Positions 1 to 10,049 are shown, counted from the stretch's first letter. The stretch: DNA of 64,000 bases from Verrucomicrobiia bacterium (GCA_035501175.1 DATJWQ010000012.1:14424-78423); one strand, 5' to 3'. The notes: generated by a model not told the origin, from the letters alone. A program made the numbers and translations.

Positions 1-1697
1 CCATCTGGATCACATCCACGGCCCTCGCTGATACTGCTCCGAATGCTGCGTTTTCGCCTGATCCGACCAATGCCGGGCTCAGCGAGCTGGATTCACCGAT
101 CTTTGCGGTCAACAGCGCCGCGGCGCAATTGAGTTTTCGACACAATTACAGCCTGTCCGCCAGCGCCACCAGCAACACGGTAGGTTACGATGGCGGCGTG
201 TTGGAAATCCAGATTGGATCGGGCTCCTACACTGATATCCTGGCTGCCGGCGGGTCGTTCGTCAGCGGTGGGTACAACCGCGTGCTCAGCGGAAGCTACG
301 CGAATCCGCTGGCCGGCCGCGCGGCGTGGAGCGGCAGTTCGCTGTCGTACACCACCACGGTGGTTAACTTGCCGGCCTCGGCGTCAGGTCAGAATGTGCA
401 ATTGCGTTGGCTCTGCGCCACGGGCAATCTCCCGCCAACCTCTCCTGTGACCAATAACGGCACGCTGGCGTTCTATAGCTTCGACGCGGCCACGGCCACG
501 CCCGACCTCACGGACTCAAACCTCACAGCCTCCGCGGTAACGGACGGCAATGCGGGCGCGATCACGTACTACGGCGGCAACCCAGGCGAAGCCGTCGCTT
601 CCACCAGTTTTACATTGACCGCAGGTCCGCCGACGACAAGCTTCAGCTACTTTGCATTTTCCCTGGCCATCTCCAATGGCTATCAGGCCGCTTTGTCACG
701 GTTTAGCTTCGACGACCGGGCGTCCAACACCGGGCCGACGAAATTCGACGTGCAAATCAGCACGAATGCCAGCTTCTTGTCAGTGATCTACGACAGCGGA
801 GAAAAAAGCGCGCACACAGCGTTTTCTACATCCCCGATGAATTCGCTTACCCTCAGCCTTTCAAACCTGACCGGCACGTTGTATTTCCGGATCTATGCCT
901 ATGCTGCCGGCGGCGCTGGCGGCACATGGCGCATCGACAACCTGAATGTCCAGGGCAACACCAACCCCGCAGGCGGCGCCCAAGGGGGCACCGGCTGGTA
1001 CGTCGACTCGATCTCAGTCCAGGATGCTGTCTGTTGCGTCTACGTGACAACCCCGCCCGTGGCAAGCTTCACCGCAACGCCGACCGTCGGCACAGCGCCG
1101 CTCATGGTGAACTTTACCGACACGTCGACCGGTACGATTACAAATTGGTTCTGGGACTTCGGCGACGGGGTCCAACTTAATTCCACGACGGGCACCGTGA
1201 GCCACGTCTACAATGCAGGCGTCTATAACGTGACCCTACTCGTCAGCGGTCCCAACGGAAGCTCGACAAATGTTCAGCCCAATTACATCACGGCGTACAC
1301 TCCATGGCAGGTGTGGCAGATGCAGTACTTCGGCTGCACCACCTGCCCACAGGCGCAGCCCAACGCCGATCCGCTTGGAAAAGGGATCAGCAATACCAAC
1401 CAGTTCCTAGCCGGGCTCAATCCGACCAACCTGGCCTCGGTGTTCCGCATCGTCTCGGTGGTGACTGACAGCAACAAGAATGTCCTCATTACGTGGTCCG
1501 CTGGCGGACTGCGAACCAACGCCGTGCAGGCCGTCTCCCTCACTGGCAACGGCAGCTTCACCACCAACTACATCGACATTACAACGGCACCGCACATCAT
1601 CCTGCCCAACACGGGGGATGTGACGACGAACTATCTCGATCTCGGCGGGGCAACAAACATCCCGGCCCGTTATTATCGAATTCGGCTGGTGCCGTGA
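1..1697 (+). CDS. Secreted PKD-domain protein, 5'-partial, with a conserved C-terminal ~75-aa module ending ARYYRIRLVP
   Basis: The frame is open from window position 3 with no start before 129, so the gene enters from upstream. PKD motif FTATPTVGTAPLMVNFTDTSTGTITNWFWDFGDG. The C-terminal module is homologous to that of the 16080-17495 protein. Confidence 0.6.
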   Translation, partial: IWITSTALADTAPNAAFSPDPTNAGLSELDSPIFAVNSAAAQLSFRHNYSLSASATSNTVGYDGGVLEIQIGSGSYTDILAAGGSFVSGGYNRVLSGSYANPLAGRAAWSGSSLSYTTTVVNLPASASGQNVQLRWLCATGNLPPTSPVTNNGTLAFYSFDAATATPDLTDSNLTASAVTDGNAGAITYYGGNPGEAVASTSFTLTAGPPTTSFSYFAFSLAISNGYQAALSRFSFDDRASNTGPTKFDVQISTNASFLSVIYDSGEKSAHTAFSTSPMNSLTLSLSNLTGTLYFRIYAYAAGGAGGTWRIDNLNVQGNTNPAGGAQGGTGWYVDSISVQDAVCCVYVTTPPVASFTATPTVGTAPLMVNFTDTSTGTITNWFWDFGDGVQLNSTTGTVSHVYNAGVYNVTLLVSGPNGSSTNVQPNYITAYTPWQVWQMQYFGCTTCPQAQPNADPLGKGISNTNQFLAGLNPTNLASVFRIVSVVTDSNKNVLITWSAGGLRTNAVQAVSLTGNGSFTTNYIDITTAPHIILPNTGDVTTNYLDLGGATNIPARYYRIRLVP

Positions 1698-1805
1698 GAT
1701 AACCCTGTGGAAGCGCAGCCGCGAGGAACGCGGCGAAAAGACAAACAACGGCGCTCGTTCACGACTCGGTGAATGGACCCGCGGTTGCGCTTCTTCCTTT
1801 CCCAA

Positions 1806-3470
1806 TTAACCTGCGGCCCGCGAATTCTCCCCCGGCGTTGTGCTTCCTAAAACCATCGCCAGCAGGATGCCGGCGAAGAATCCGCCCACGTGCGCAAGGT
1901 TGTCCACCTGAGGTTCCAATCCTCCGATCGTAAAATCCGCCGCCACCATCAACACCAATGCGAACAGCAGCCGTCGGCGCAACGCGGAGTACATCGGCGA
2001 CTGCAACCGCCACACGCCCACCGCAAACGCGCCGATCACCGCGAAGATGCCGCCGCTGGCGCCAATGGCCACATCGTAATGCGCCACCGACGCGCTTGCC
2101 AGGTTCCCAAGAGCGCCGCCGACCAGGAACACCACCAGCATCCGCCATCGTCCCATGGTCTTCTCCACCGCCGGTCCGAACAACCAGAGCCCCAAGCCGT
2201 TCAACCCGAGGTGCAGCAGGTTCGCGTGCAAAAACAACGCTGTGAACGCCCGCCACCATTCACCGTTCTTGATCGTCTCGGCGCTGTTCCCAGCCCATAT
2301 GAGAACTTTCTCCTGCATGTCCTCGCTCAGGAACGCGTCGAACACCAGATGCATCGTCGCCATTGCCAGTAGCAGCAACAATGTCACCAACTCCGGTCGC
2401 CCCATGTGCATCAGCGTGCGCCAGCCAGCCGAGTCCTTCTCCGCTCGCCGCAACAATTCCTGCCCGCGCACATAAGCCGGGTCCTGCGCCGCCCAAATCA
2501 CCGGCGTTTGTTCCCGCTCCGCCCGTTGCAGTTGCTCCCCGATCGCCTCACACCACAGGCGGTTCCCTCGATGCGTCAATCCAGATGCCTGCGTCAGCAT
2601 CCGCAGAGCGTCTTCCCGTTCGCCCCGCGCCAGCGCACACTGCCCGCGCCAGTACGCCGCGAATCTCGCAAATCGCCGGCCGTGCGTCGCAAATTCACTG
2701 TGGTTCAATAGTTCGTACAGGGTCTCGCGGTCGCCCGCCAGCGCCGTAACCGCCACGCGTGTCGCCCATAATTGCGTCTGCCGTGTGCCGACCGTCCGTG
2801 GCGACAACAACGCAAGCTGCAGGCTCCGCAGGGCGCGCTCAAACTGTCCCGTCTCAGCCAGCGCCCGAGCGGCAAGCAGTCGCGCCTGTGTTGCCAGCCC
2901 CAACATGCCCCAATCGTACACACTCTCGTAAAACTCCAGCGCCTGTCTCCACCTCCGCAGTGTGATCAGCAACGACAATTTCCAGAGGTGCACCAAACCG
3001 AACATGGACGGTGGCATCGGCCGGCGCCCCGGCTTTAATTCCGCGGGAATCAGAAGCTCCAATGCCCCGAGGGCTTCGTCGCACTCACCTCGCGCCATCA
3101 ATCGCAAAGCCGCGCCGTGGCGACGGTACAGCCGGCCCGTTTGTCCCCAAGTGAACCAACTCGCCAGTTGCCAGAACCTTGCGCTGCCCGGCCAACGCCC
3201 GCGTTGTTCCCGTCCCGTTGCCGCGGAGACCAGCGCCGGCGGGATGGCGACGAAGATCACGAACAATGCCGCCGAGACGATCACCCACACCCGATCGTAT
3301 TCGCGAAAGGAGGGATTGTAGCTGAAGCACAGCCCCCCGAGGCAGGCCAGCAGAATGACTCCCAATTGTCCGATCTGGGCCGCGTGCCAGCGACGGTCGT
3401 CCCTCAGCAACGGAACCAACTGCATCAGGGCGATAAACAGGATCGGATAAATGAAATAGCGTTGACTCAT
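1806..3470 (-). CDS. Rhomboid-family intramembrane serine protease with N-terminal TM segments and a TPR-like domain
   Basis: C-terminal rhomboid core with GASGGIFAVIGA (catalytic Ser) and LAHVGGFFAG (His), plus multiple TM helices. The middle helical-repeat region is rich in ALxxxG and R residues. Confidence 0.7.
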   Translation of the reverse strand: MSQRYFIYPILFIALMQLVPLLRDDRRWHAAQIGQLGVILLACLGGLCFSYNPSFREYDRVWVIVSAALFVIFVAIPPALVSAATGREQRGRWPGSARFWQLASWFTWGQTGRLYRRHGAALRLMARGECDEALGALELLIPAELKPGRRPMPPSMFGLVHLWKLSLLITLRRWRQALEFYESVYDWGMLGLATQARLLAARALAETGQFERALRSLQLALLSPRTVGTRQTQLWATRVAVTALAGDRETLYELLNHSEFATHGRRFARFAAYWRGQCALARGEREDALRMLTQASGLTHRGNRLWCEAIGEQLQRAEREQTPVIWAAQDPAYVRGQELLRRAEKDSAGWRTLMHMGRPELVTLLLLLAMATMHLVFDAFLSEDMQEKVLIWAGNSAETIKNGEWWRAFTALFLHANLLHLGLNGLGLWLFGPAVEKTMGRWRMLVVFLVGGALGNLASASVAHYDVAIGASGGIFAVIGAFAVGVWRLQSPMYSALRRRLLFALVLMVAADFTIGGLEPQVDNLAHVGGFFAGILLAMVLGSTTPGENSRAAG

Positions 3471-3538
3471 TGGAGGCCGTCAAAATGATGCAAATGCTGA
3501 AAACTGTCCCCAATGACCTTCGGCCCCAGTATCGTTCT

Positions 3539-4000
3539 TCACGGCACGATCACCACATCGTCGCCGATCTCCACCAAATCATACAACCTCTCGATCTGTT
3601 CCACGCTCATGGCAATACAGCCGTGCGTCCACGTCACATTTGGACAGGGCCCATGCAAGCCCACCTCGCCTCCCAGCGCTGTTTTCCAGGGTGGACACCT
3701 TTTCTCCATGATCGCGTCGCGAATCTCCTCATATTCGGCTTGCGTGATGATCTTCTCGCGTAGCCCGCGCTCCGCATCCTCGATGTTCGGATAGCTCAAT
3801 CCGAGAAATCGATGATACTTGCTCTCGGGGTTTTTGTAGCAAATGTAGAATTCGCCTTCCGGGGTCGCCAGATCGCCTTCACGCTGTTTATCCGCCGCGT
3901 TCTTCCCAATCACCACGGGAATCCGCAGCACCTCCTCCTCGCCGTCATACAACACCAGCGTTCTCGCGTGTTTCGTAATCACCAGCCGCCGCGCGCTCAT
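3539..4000 (-). CDS. L,D-transpeptidase (YkuD/ErfK family)
   Basis: Catalytic motif HGPCPNVTWTHGCIAMS (H...THGC) typical of the YkuD domain. Confidence 0.65.
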   Translation of the reverse strand: MSARRLVITKHARTLVLYDGEEEVLRIPVVIGKNAADKQREGDLATPEGEFYICYKNPESKYHRFLGLSYPNIEDAERGLREKIITQAEYEEIRDAIMEKRCPPWKTALGGEVGLHGPCPNVTWTHGCIAMSVEQIERLYDLVEIGDDVVIVP

Positions 4001-4244
4001 TACGCGGAATCCTGCCCACCCGTGCCACCCCGGTCAAGCCCGACATCATTCACCCCGCCAGCGGTCAAGCAAAGACTCATCTCGATTTGGCAGTGGAAAC
4101 CCTGCTGTCGGGAGTTTGAGTGAAGGTGAATACGTTGTCAGGAGAGCCCGAAATTTCGTTGACCCAATCCGATCCCGGGCTTACGCTGCCGCTGTGATGG
4201 CGGCCATTATGCTGCATCCCGTTCGATAACTTGGTACTTTCGCC

Positions 4245-5288
4245 ATGAAACTCTTTGCTGGGGTCGGCTTGATGCTGTCCGTGGCATTCGTCACTCCTTG
4301 CGGCGCCGTCCCTTCGCTTGATGACATCCTTGCGGCGATGAAGTACGCCGATGAACAGATCGGCGTCGTGAAGGTTGAGGGCTATATCCACGAATACCGG
4401 TGGGATGACACCAGCGCATCCCGGACTGTCACTCCGGAAACATCCACATTCACGCGCACGTACGAAAATAAACCGCAAGGCCCATACGTCCTGGATGAAC
4501 ATCCGACGGTCATGCGATGGAAAGACGGATCCGCTCCTTACTTGGCCGAGTGGAGAACACAATTTCGAGATTCCGACGGGTTTATCACGTGGTGGACTCG
4601 TACAAACCAATATCGCACGACCTTGCTCTCGTCCGTTACCCAGTGGTGGGACCACCCGTTGAAGCCTCACGACGATATTCCGTCTCCCCCTCGGTCGTTT
4701 ACAGTCAACAACGTGCGGCGTGGGAAGGTGTCGTCATTCTTGCAGTCAATGGCGGAACGCGTGGAGACAATGTACTCAGGCCTGGGCTTTACCACCCTGA
4801 AAGCCGCCCGTCGGACCCCGATTTGTTTTCCCGACCAATACCCGGGTATCGTGGTGTCTGATACCCCAGAGGGCATGACACAAATACAATACGTTTCACC
4901 GGACGTATGTGTGGCTTGGGATTTCATCCTCGATCCCAAAAAGAATTTTGCGCTCGTGCGTTATACCTATTCGCGGAATCGCGGGTTAACAACGACCGAC
5001 AACGAGATGACGATGACATACGAAGTTCGGGAGCACCGCCAGATTGCCGATGGCGTTTGGTATCCGGTTCGGTACACGACGAAAACTGAGTTTTCCGCGG
5101 AGTATGCAGCCGAGATGCTCTCACGCTATCCACCACCCCACGCGGACGAGTTGGACCCATACACATCCCAGGGAGAGGAAGTTGTCTTGACGAACGTTAT
5201 CATGTTGTCTGGTGCCGAGGCGGAAGCGAATCTCACCGTCAAACTACCCGATGGGCTGGATGTCATAGACGAAGACGCCCGCCAATAG
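4245..5288 (+). CDS. Hypothetical secreted protein
   Basis: N-terminal signal peptide MKLFAGVGLMLSVAFVTPCGA. Long ORF with coding-like composition and no recognisable motifs. Confidence 0.5.
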   Translation: MKLFAGVGLMLSVAFVTPCGAVPSLDDILAAMKYADEQIGVVKVEGYIHEYRWDDTSASRTVTPETSTFTRTYENKPQGPYVLDEHPTVMRWKDGSAPYLAEWRTQFRDSDGFITWWTRTNQYRTTLLSSVTQWWDHPLKPHDDIPSPPRSFTVNNVRRGKVSSFLQSMAERVETMYSGLGFTTLKAARRTPICFPDQYPGIVVSDTPEGMTQIQYVSPDVCVAWDFILDPKKNFALVRYTYSRNRGLTTTDNEMTMTYEVREHRQIADGVWYPVRYTTKTEFSAEYAAEMLSRYPPPHADELDPYTSQGEEVVLTNVIMLSGAEAEANLTVKLPDGLDVIDEDARQ

Positions 5289-5358
5289 ACATCGAGACAA
5301 GCTGCTCGATTCAATTCGGACCCGTTGCCTTGTCTGCCTTCTTCTCCCGCTCCCGCCG

Positions 5359-5387
5359 TTGACATTCTAACGAGCTATACCTATATT
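5359..5387 (+). promoter_or_regulatory. Sigma70-like promoter of the Rrf2-apbC operon (-35 TTGACA, 17-nt spacer, -10 TATATT)
   Basis: TTGACA at 5359-5364 and TATATT at 5382-5387, about 40 nt upstream of the Rrf2 start codon. Confidence 0.5.
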
Positions 5388-5395
5388 GGCGCAGA

Positions 5396-5420
5396 AAACA
5401 AGACAAACTGAGTCCGATTT
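5396..5420 (+). promoter_or_regulatory. Candidate Rrf2/IscR-type operator (25-bp dyad AAACAAGACAAACTGAGTCCGATTT, GAC-N7-GTC core)
   Basis: Lies between the -10 element and the Rrf2 start codon. It matches the motif upstream of sufC (62734-62758) at about 20 of 24 positions. The GAC-N7-GTC spacing equals the IscR type-1 core. Confidence 0.5.
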
Positions 5421-5425
5421 AACAC

Positions 5426-5884
5426 ATGCAAGTCACACGGGCAGGAGAATACGCAATCATTGGCCTGTTGTACCTCGCTAAACAACCAGCGGGGCGCACG
5501 GTCATGATCGACGAAATCAGCGAGGCCGAAGGCGTCCCGAAGAGTTTTCTGGCGAAGATTTTCCAGTCTCTCGCCAAAGGTGGCTTTGTGCTCTCCCATC
5601 GCGGCGCGGGCGGTGGATTCAGTCTCGCCAGGACCCCGGCCGAGATCACCCTCCTGCGCATCCTCCAATGCGTCGAAGGCGTCTTCGCCCTGCAGAAATG
5701 CGTCACCGACGATCCGGAGTGCGTCGTCTCAGTCACCCGCATGAGCAGTTGCACGCTCTGTGCCGTCTTCACCGAGGCACAGAACCGCGTCAATGAACTC
5801 TTTGCGCGCACCACTCTTGCTGATCTTCTGCAACCCAAACCGGCCGCCGTCCAGCCGGTCAAACCTGTTCCAGCGGTGAATTGA
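5426..5884 (+). CDS. Rrf2-family transcriptional regulator (IscR/NsrR-like, three-Cys Fe-S ligand set)
   Basis: N-terminal wHTH YAIIGLLYLAKQ...SFLAKIFQSLAKGGFVLSHRGAGGGFSLAR typical of Rrf2. Cys cluster CVEG..C..C in the C-terminal half. Confidence 0.8.
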   Translation: MQVTRAGEYAIIGLLYLAKQPAGRTVMIDEISEAEGVPKSFLAKIFQSLAKGGFVLSHRGAGGGFSLARTPAEITLLRILQCVEGVFALQKCVTDDPECVVSVTRMSSCTLCAVFTEAQNRVNELFARTTLADLLQPKPAAVQPVKPVPAVN

Positions 5885-5890
5885 GGCAGC

Positions 5891-6970
5891 ATGTCCGGCC
5901 GCGTTGAGCACCCCTTGAGCGAGGAGCAGGTTCGCGAACTCCTCAAGCAAATCAAGTTTCCCGGTTTCAGCCGCGATATCGTCAGCTTCGGCATCGTCCG
6001 TTCCGTGACCATCACTGAGAATAATGACGTAGCGGTCGCGTTGCACGTCATGACCCGCGATCCCGAAGTGCCCCGACACATCCAGCGCGATGTCGAATCT
6101 ATTCTCCGCGCCCATGACGGCATTGGACGAATCGACGTTCAAATGACCGCGCAACAACCGCCGCAACAGGGCCAGATGCCGATGGCTGGCGCGGGCGGCG
6201 TGCCGGCACGTCCGCAGATTGACGGCGTGAAACACATTGTGGCGGTCGGCAGCGGCAAAGGCGGGGTGGGCAAATCCACCGTCGCGGTCAATCTTGCCTG
6301 CGCCCTCGCCAAACTCGAGCAGCGCATCGGCATTATGGACGCCGATATCTATGGCCCGAGCGTGCCCAAAATGATGGGCGCGGTCCATCGTCCGACCATT
6401 ACTGAGGACAAACTCGATCCCGTCGAGAATTTCGGCCTGAAAATGATGAGCATGGCCCTTCTGCTCGACAACGATTCCCCCGTGATCTGGCGCGGCCCGA
6501 TGATCATGAAGGCCATTCGACAATTCAGTCTCGCCGTCAATTGGGGTGAGCTCGATGTACTGGTCGTCGACCTGCCGCCGGGCACCGGCGACGCACAGCT
6601 TTCCCTCGTCCAGACCATCGCGCTCGACGGCGGCGTGATCGTCACCACGCCCCAGGACGTGGCGCTCGAGGTCGCGCGTCGCGGCATCGCCATGTTCGAG
6701 AAGGTCAACGTGAAGATCCTCGGCATCATCGAGAACATGAGCTACTACGTCTGCCCGCATTGCGGCGAACACGACGATGTATTTGGCCACGGCGGCGGCA
6801 AACAGGAAGCCGCCCGACTCGAGGTCCCGTTTCTTGGTGAAGTCCCGCTGTTCTCCGACATTCGCGTTTGCGGCGACAAAGGCGTGCCCATTGTTGTCGC
6901 CGAGCCCGATAGCGACCCTGCCAAGGCCTTCCTGCGTTGCGCTGAATCCGTTTTCCGTCAACTAACGTGA
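5891..6970 (+). CDS. apbC: Mrp/NBP35 (ApbC) Fe-S cluster carrier ATPase with N-terminal DUF59/MIP18 domain
   Basis: Walker A VAVGSGKGGVGKSTVAVNLA, CPHCGE (CxxC) motif, N-terminal DUF59-like region. 7 nt downstream of the Rrf2 gene, consistent with an operon. Confidence 0.8.
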   Translation: MSGRVEHPLSEEQVRELLKQIKFPGFSRDIVSFGIVRSVTITENNDVAVALHVMTRDPEVPRHIQRDVESILRAHDGIGRIDVQMTAQQPPQQGQMPMAGAGGVPARPQIDGVKHIVAVGSGKGGVGKSTVAVNLACALAKLEQRIGIMDADIYGPSVPKMMGAVHRPTITEDKLDPVENFGLKMMSMALLLDNDSPVIWRGPMIMKAIRQFSLAVNWGELDVLVVDLPPGTGDAQLSLVQTIALDGGVIVTTPQDVALEVARRGIAMFEKVNVKILGIIENMSYYVCPHCGEHDDVFGHGGGKQEAARLEVPFLGEVPLFSDIRVCGDKGVPIVVAEPDSDPAKAFLRCAESVFRQLT

Positions 6971-6981
6971 GCGGTGATTCC

Positions 6982-8604
6982 TCAGGGTTGTTTCGCTTTC
7001 AATCGGGCCAGCGCATCCCGCGCCTTGGCGTAATCGGGATTGATCCGTAGCGCCATTTCGTATTGTTCGACCGCTTCCTGCGTCCGGCCCATTTGCGCCA
7101 GAGCGATACCCAGATTCAGATGCGCCTTCGCGTAGTTCGGGTAAAGTCGTAGCGCCTGTTTGTACTCCTGAATCGCCTCGGAAACGTTGCCTGCCTGAAA
7201 GAACGTTACGCCCGCAATATGGTGTGCTTCGGCGTGATACTCGACGCTGGATAACAGATTGAAGGCCACCGAAAAAACCAGGAGGGCGCCCCACGCCCCG
7301 CGCACTACGAACCTCAAAACTGTTCGGTCGGCCAATGCGCGTTCCAAACCGAGAACGCCCGTCGCAGCCAACAATACGAGCGCGGGCACGAATTCTACTT
7401 CGTATCGCACCGACGTGTAGTAAAACATCCCAATCGTCAGCGCTTCGATTCCAAAGAATAGTGTCACCGCCGCCAGAAACCAGCGCAACACCGCGCTCGC
7501 GTCCGCCGTCCGATGCAGACACGCCAGCGGTGCGGCCAGCGCCAGCCACACGAACGGCATATTCGCCAGTACTCCCAACGGCGCTTCCACATTTCCGTGC
7601 CCCGCCGGTGGGAGCGGCGCCGCCATCCTCTGGACAAACGGAAACCGCGCGCTCCAGCCCACCGATTTCAGAAAATACATGCGGAGATTGAACAACAGAT
7701 AACTCGCGTGGAAGTCCTCCACTGAACCCGAGGGCCGGTCTCCCGACAACAGGTAGCTCACGCCAAATTCGAATGGACTCCCAAACCGCCGCGCGTTGTA
7801 GATCATGACTCCAAGTCCGATCACCAACATCGGCGTTGCCGCCGTCACCAGTAACAGCCAGATTCGTCGCCGTTCAACCAGCGCCCGGACCACCGGCACC
7901 AGCAGGATGACCGCGCCGAGCACCAGGGAGGGCCGCGCCCCCACTGCCAGCCCATAGGCCAGGCTCGCCACCACCAGCCATCGACCGCACCGCTTTGGTT
8001 CATGTAGCGCGGACCACATCGCCGCCAGGGTCACCATCGCCAGCATGTACGCGCAACAAATGGGCACTTGGTATACATCGGCCTGTGACAATACCACGGG
8101 TACGCCTGTCGCCAACCCAAGTGCCAGGATACAAGTTTCCACCACCCAGATGCTCACGTCGCCAAAGTAGCGCCGCCACAACGCGTATAGTAACCCTGCG
8201 TTCGTCAGAAAACCGACCGCACAGAAAATCGCCACTGCTTCCCGATGCCACAGGTACCGGCCCGTTAGCGCTACAAATGGCCAGAACAACATCACGGCGG
8301 GCGTGACGCCGTGATACAGATACAGCCGACCATGGTAGTAGCTCAGATCGTGAAATCGGTACGGCAGCAACCGATACGTCGCGTTGGCCGCCGGGTCGTA
8401 CGGGTCCGACAATTGCGTGAGCCCGGGCGGGACCTCTTTGTCCAAACTGAGATGTCCGGCGCGAAAGCCGCGCACGAGCAAATTGTAATAGGTGTCCGCC
8501 CGGCTCGGGCTGAGCAGTTCCAGCAGACCCGACTGGCTTAGATACGCGTAGGCGCCGATCACCAACCCGCACACCACAAGCAGGTACGGCCATCCCCTTT
8601 TCAT
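6982..8604 (-). CDS. Polytopic membrane protein with C-terminal TPR repeats (GT-C/PMT-ArnT-like glycosyltransferase candidate)
   Basis: More than 10 predicted TM helices followed by TPR repeats (AIQEYKQALRLYPNYAKAHLNLGIALAQMGRTQEAVEQYEMALRINPDYAKA). The GT-C assignment is inferred from architecture only. Confidence 0.45.
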   Translation of the reverse strand: MKRGWPYLLVVCGLVIGAYAYLSQSGLLELLSPSRADTYYNLLVRGFRAGHLSLDKEVPPGLTQLSDPYDPAANATYRLLPYRFHDLSYYHGRLYLYHGVTPAVMLFWPFVALTGRYLWHREAVAIFCAVGFLTNAGLLYALWRRYFGDVSIWVVETCILALGLATGVPVVLSQADVYQVPICCAYMLAMVTLAAMWSALHEPKRCGRWLVVASLAYGLAVGARPSLVLGAVILLVPVVRALVERRRIWLLLVTAATPMLVIGLGVMIYNARRFGSPFEFGVSYLLSGDRPSGSVEDFHASYLLFNLRMYFLKSVGWSARFPFVQRMAAPLPPAGHGNVEAPLGVLANMPFVWLALAAPLACLHRTADASAVLRWFLAAVTLFFGIEALTIGMFYYTSVRYEVEFVPALVLLAATGVLGLERALADRTVLRFVVRGAWGALLVFSVAFNLLSSVEYHAEAHHIAGVTFFQAGNVSEAIQEYKQALRLYPNYAKAHLNLGIALAQMGRTQEAVEQYEMALRINPDYAKARDALARLKAKQP

Positions 8605-8735
8605 CGCGAGTTCGATCGTTTCGTCTCCATCCTCGCCTCCCCGGTCTTTCGAAAGTACCCAAACTCCCCTTCACCGGCGAGAGGAAACCGAGATGGGAGA
8701 TTGACAGACGCTCGATACGCCACTACACGATAAGC

Positions 8736-9056
8736 ATGGCCGTTACCGAGGAACAATTGATCGCGAAATTGAAAGAGTGCTACGACCCTGAGATTCCGTG
8801 CAATATTGTGGACCTTGGCCTCGTGTATGACGTTCGACGTGAACCCGTCGCCGGCACCTCCGACACGCGCGTGGATGTGAAAATGACTCTTACTTCGCCG
8901 GGGTGCCCGCTGGCAGGGCAGATCTCCGCCCAGGTCCAACGCAAGCTGCTCGAACTCCCCGGCGTCGGCGAAGCCAATGTCGAGGTCGTCACCGACCCGC
9001 CGTGGTCGCTCTCTCGCGTCACACCTGACGGCAAGAAGCTGCTCGGGTTGCCATAA
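8736..9056 (+). CDS. DUF59/MIP18-family Fe-S cluster assembly protein (SufT/PaaD-like)
   Basis: EEQLIAKLKECYDPEIPCNIVDLGLVYDV signature of the DUF59 family. Confidence 0.7.
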   Translation: MAVTEEQLIAKLKECYDPEIPCNIVDLGLVYDVRREPVAGTSDTRVDVKMTLTSPGCPLAGQISAQVQRKLLELPGVGEANVEVVTDPPWSLSRVTPDGKKLLGLP

Positions 9057-9134
9057 TCTCCAGTCAGCGCTTCCGCCCGTCCTTCCCCGTTGCTTTTTGC
9101 GCTCCACGCCGATATGCTGCCCGTGTAAGATACC

Positions 9135-10049
9135 ATGTCCGGTCGGGCAAACATCTGGCGTGTCCTGGTGGCGGTGGGCTCTGTGTCCGCCATCTCTTTG
9201 TCTGCAAATGCTGATGACACAAACACGCCTGCGCCTGTAATCGCCACCCGGCCGGCGATGATTTCAGCCACCTCGATATCCAATGCCGCTCCCAACCCCG
9301 CGGCACAACCCTCTGACCCCGAGCGCTTCTTCGGCCAGTACGCGAGGGCATCCGGTCTCGTTCGGCAGAATGCCCGGCAGGAAGCGTCCGTAATCATGGA
9401 CTTGCTGTGGCGCAACCTGACCACCTCTCCCTGGCTGGAGATCGCCCTGCTCAAACATGCCGAGCTTAACGAGGTTTCGAATCCGCAGGTCGCCTCGCAA
9501 GATTATGACGTTCTCCGTAACCGCGTGGAGAACGCGCCGTACTTTCAGGGCAACGCCGAGCGTGCCGCCGTGTTTCGCACTGCGCTTCTCGGTGCCGTGG
9601 GACGCGGGGTCGATCGCCTGCGCATCCAACTGATCCGCCAGGGACTCGACCGCTACAAGATGCGCTACCGGCAATACCCGGAATCGCTGGTCAAACTCGC
9701 CATCTTCAACTACGTCGATATGGAAACCATCTACGATTCCGATGGCCGCCTCTTCCATTATACGCCGACGGGGATGCAGCTCACGCCCGCAATTTCCTAC
9801 CAGCGCTATGATTTGCCGTCGCTACCTGCGGAGCCCTTCTACGTCACCTCGCCAAGAATCAGCGGCACGACGCGCGTCGAAGATCAGACTGCAGAATACG
9901 CCGCTGTCATTCTCGTGCCGGACCGAATCGACTGGCAATCCGTGGTCGAAGGCCAGACTCTGGGCTCCTATTTCGTCGCTGCCGTCGACCGCGGCGGCGC
10001 GATCATGTGCACGACCGACCGGATCCTCGTTCTGCCGGTTCCCCAATAG
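9135..10049 (+). CDS. Hypothetical secreted protein
   Basis: Signal peptide MSGRANIWRVLVAVGSVSAISLSANA. No recognisable catalytic motifs. Confidence 0.45.
   Translation: MSGRANIWRVLVAVGSVSAISLSANADDTNTPAPVIATRPAMISATSISNAAPNPAAQPSDPERFFGQYARASGLVRQNARQEASVIMDLLWRNLTTSPWLEIALLKHAELNEVSNPQVASQDYDVLRNRVENAPYFQGNAERAAVFRTALLGAVGRGVDRLRIQLIRQGLDRYKMRYRQYPESLVKLAIFNYVDMETIYDSDGRLFHYTPTGMQLTPAISYQRYDLPSLPAEPFYVTSPRISGTTRVEDQTAEYAAVILVPDRIDWQSVVEGQTLGSYFVAAVDRGGAIMCTTDRILVLPVPQ

Noticed and set aside
5729-6961. 410-aa minus-strand ORF antisense to apbC
   Set aside because: The sense strand encodes a well-conserved Mrp/ApbC with Walker A, so the antisense ORF is a GC-frame artefact.
8605-8735. Possible Rrf2 operator upstream of the DUF59 gene
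   Set aside because: A -35-like TTGACA is present, but there is no GAC-N7-GTC dyad resembling the sites at 5396 and 62734.
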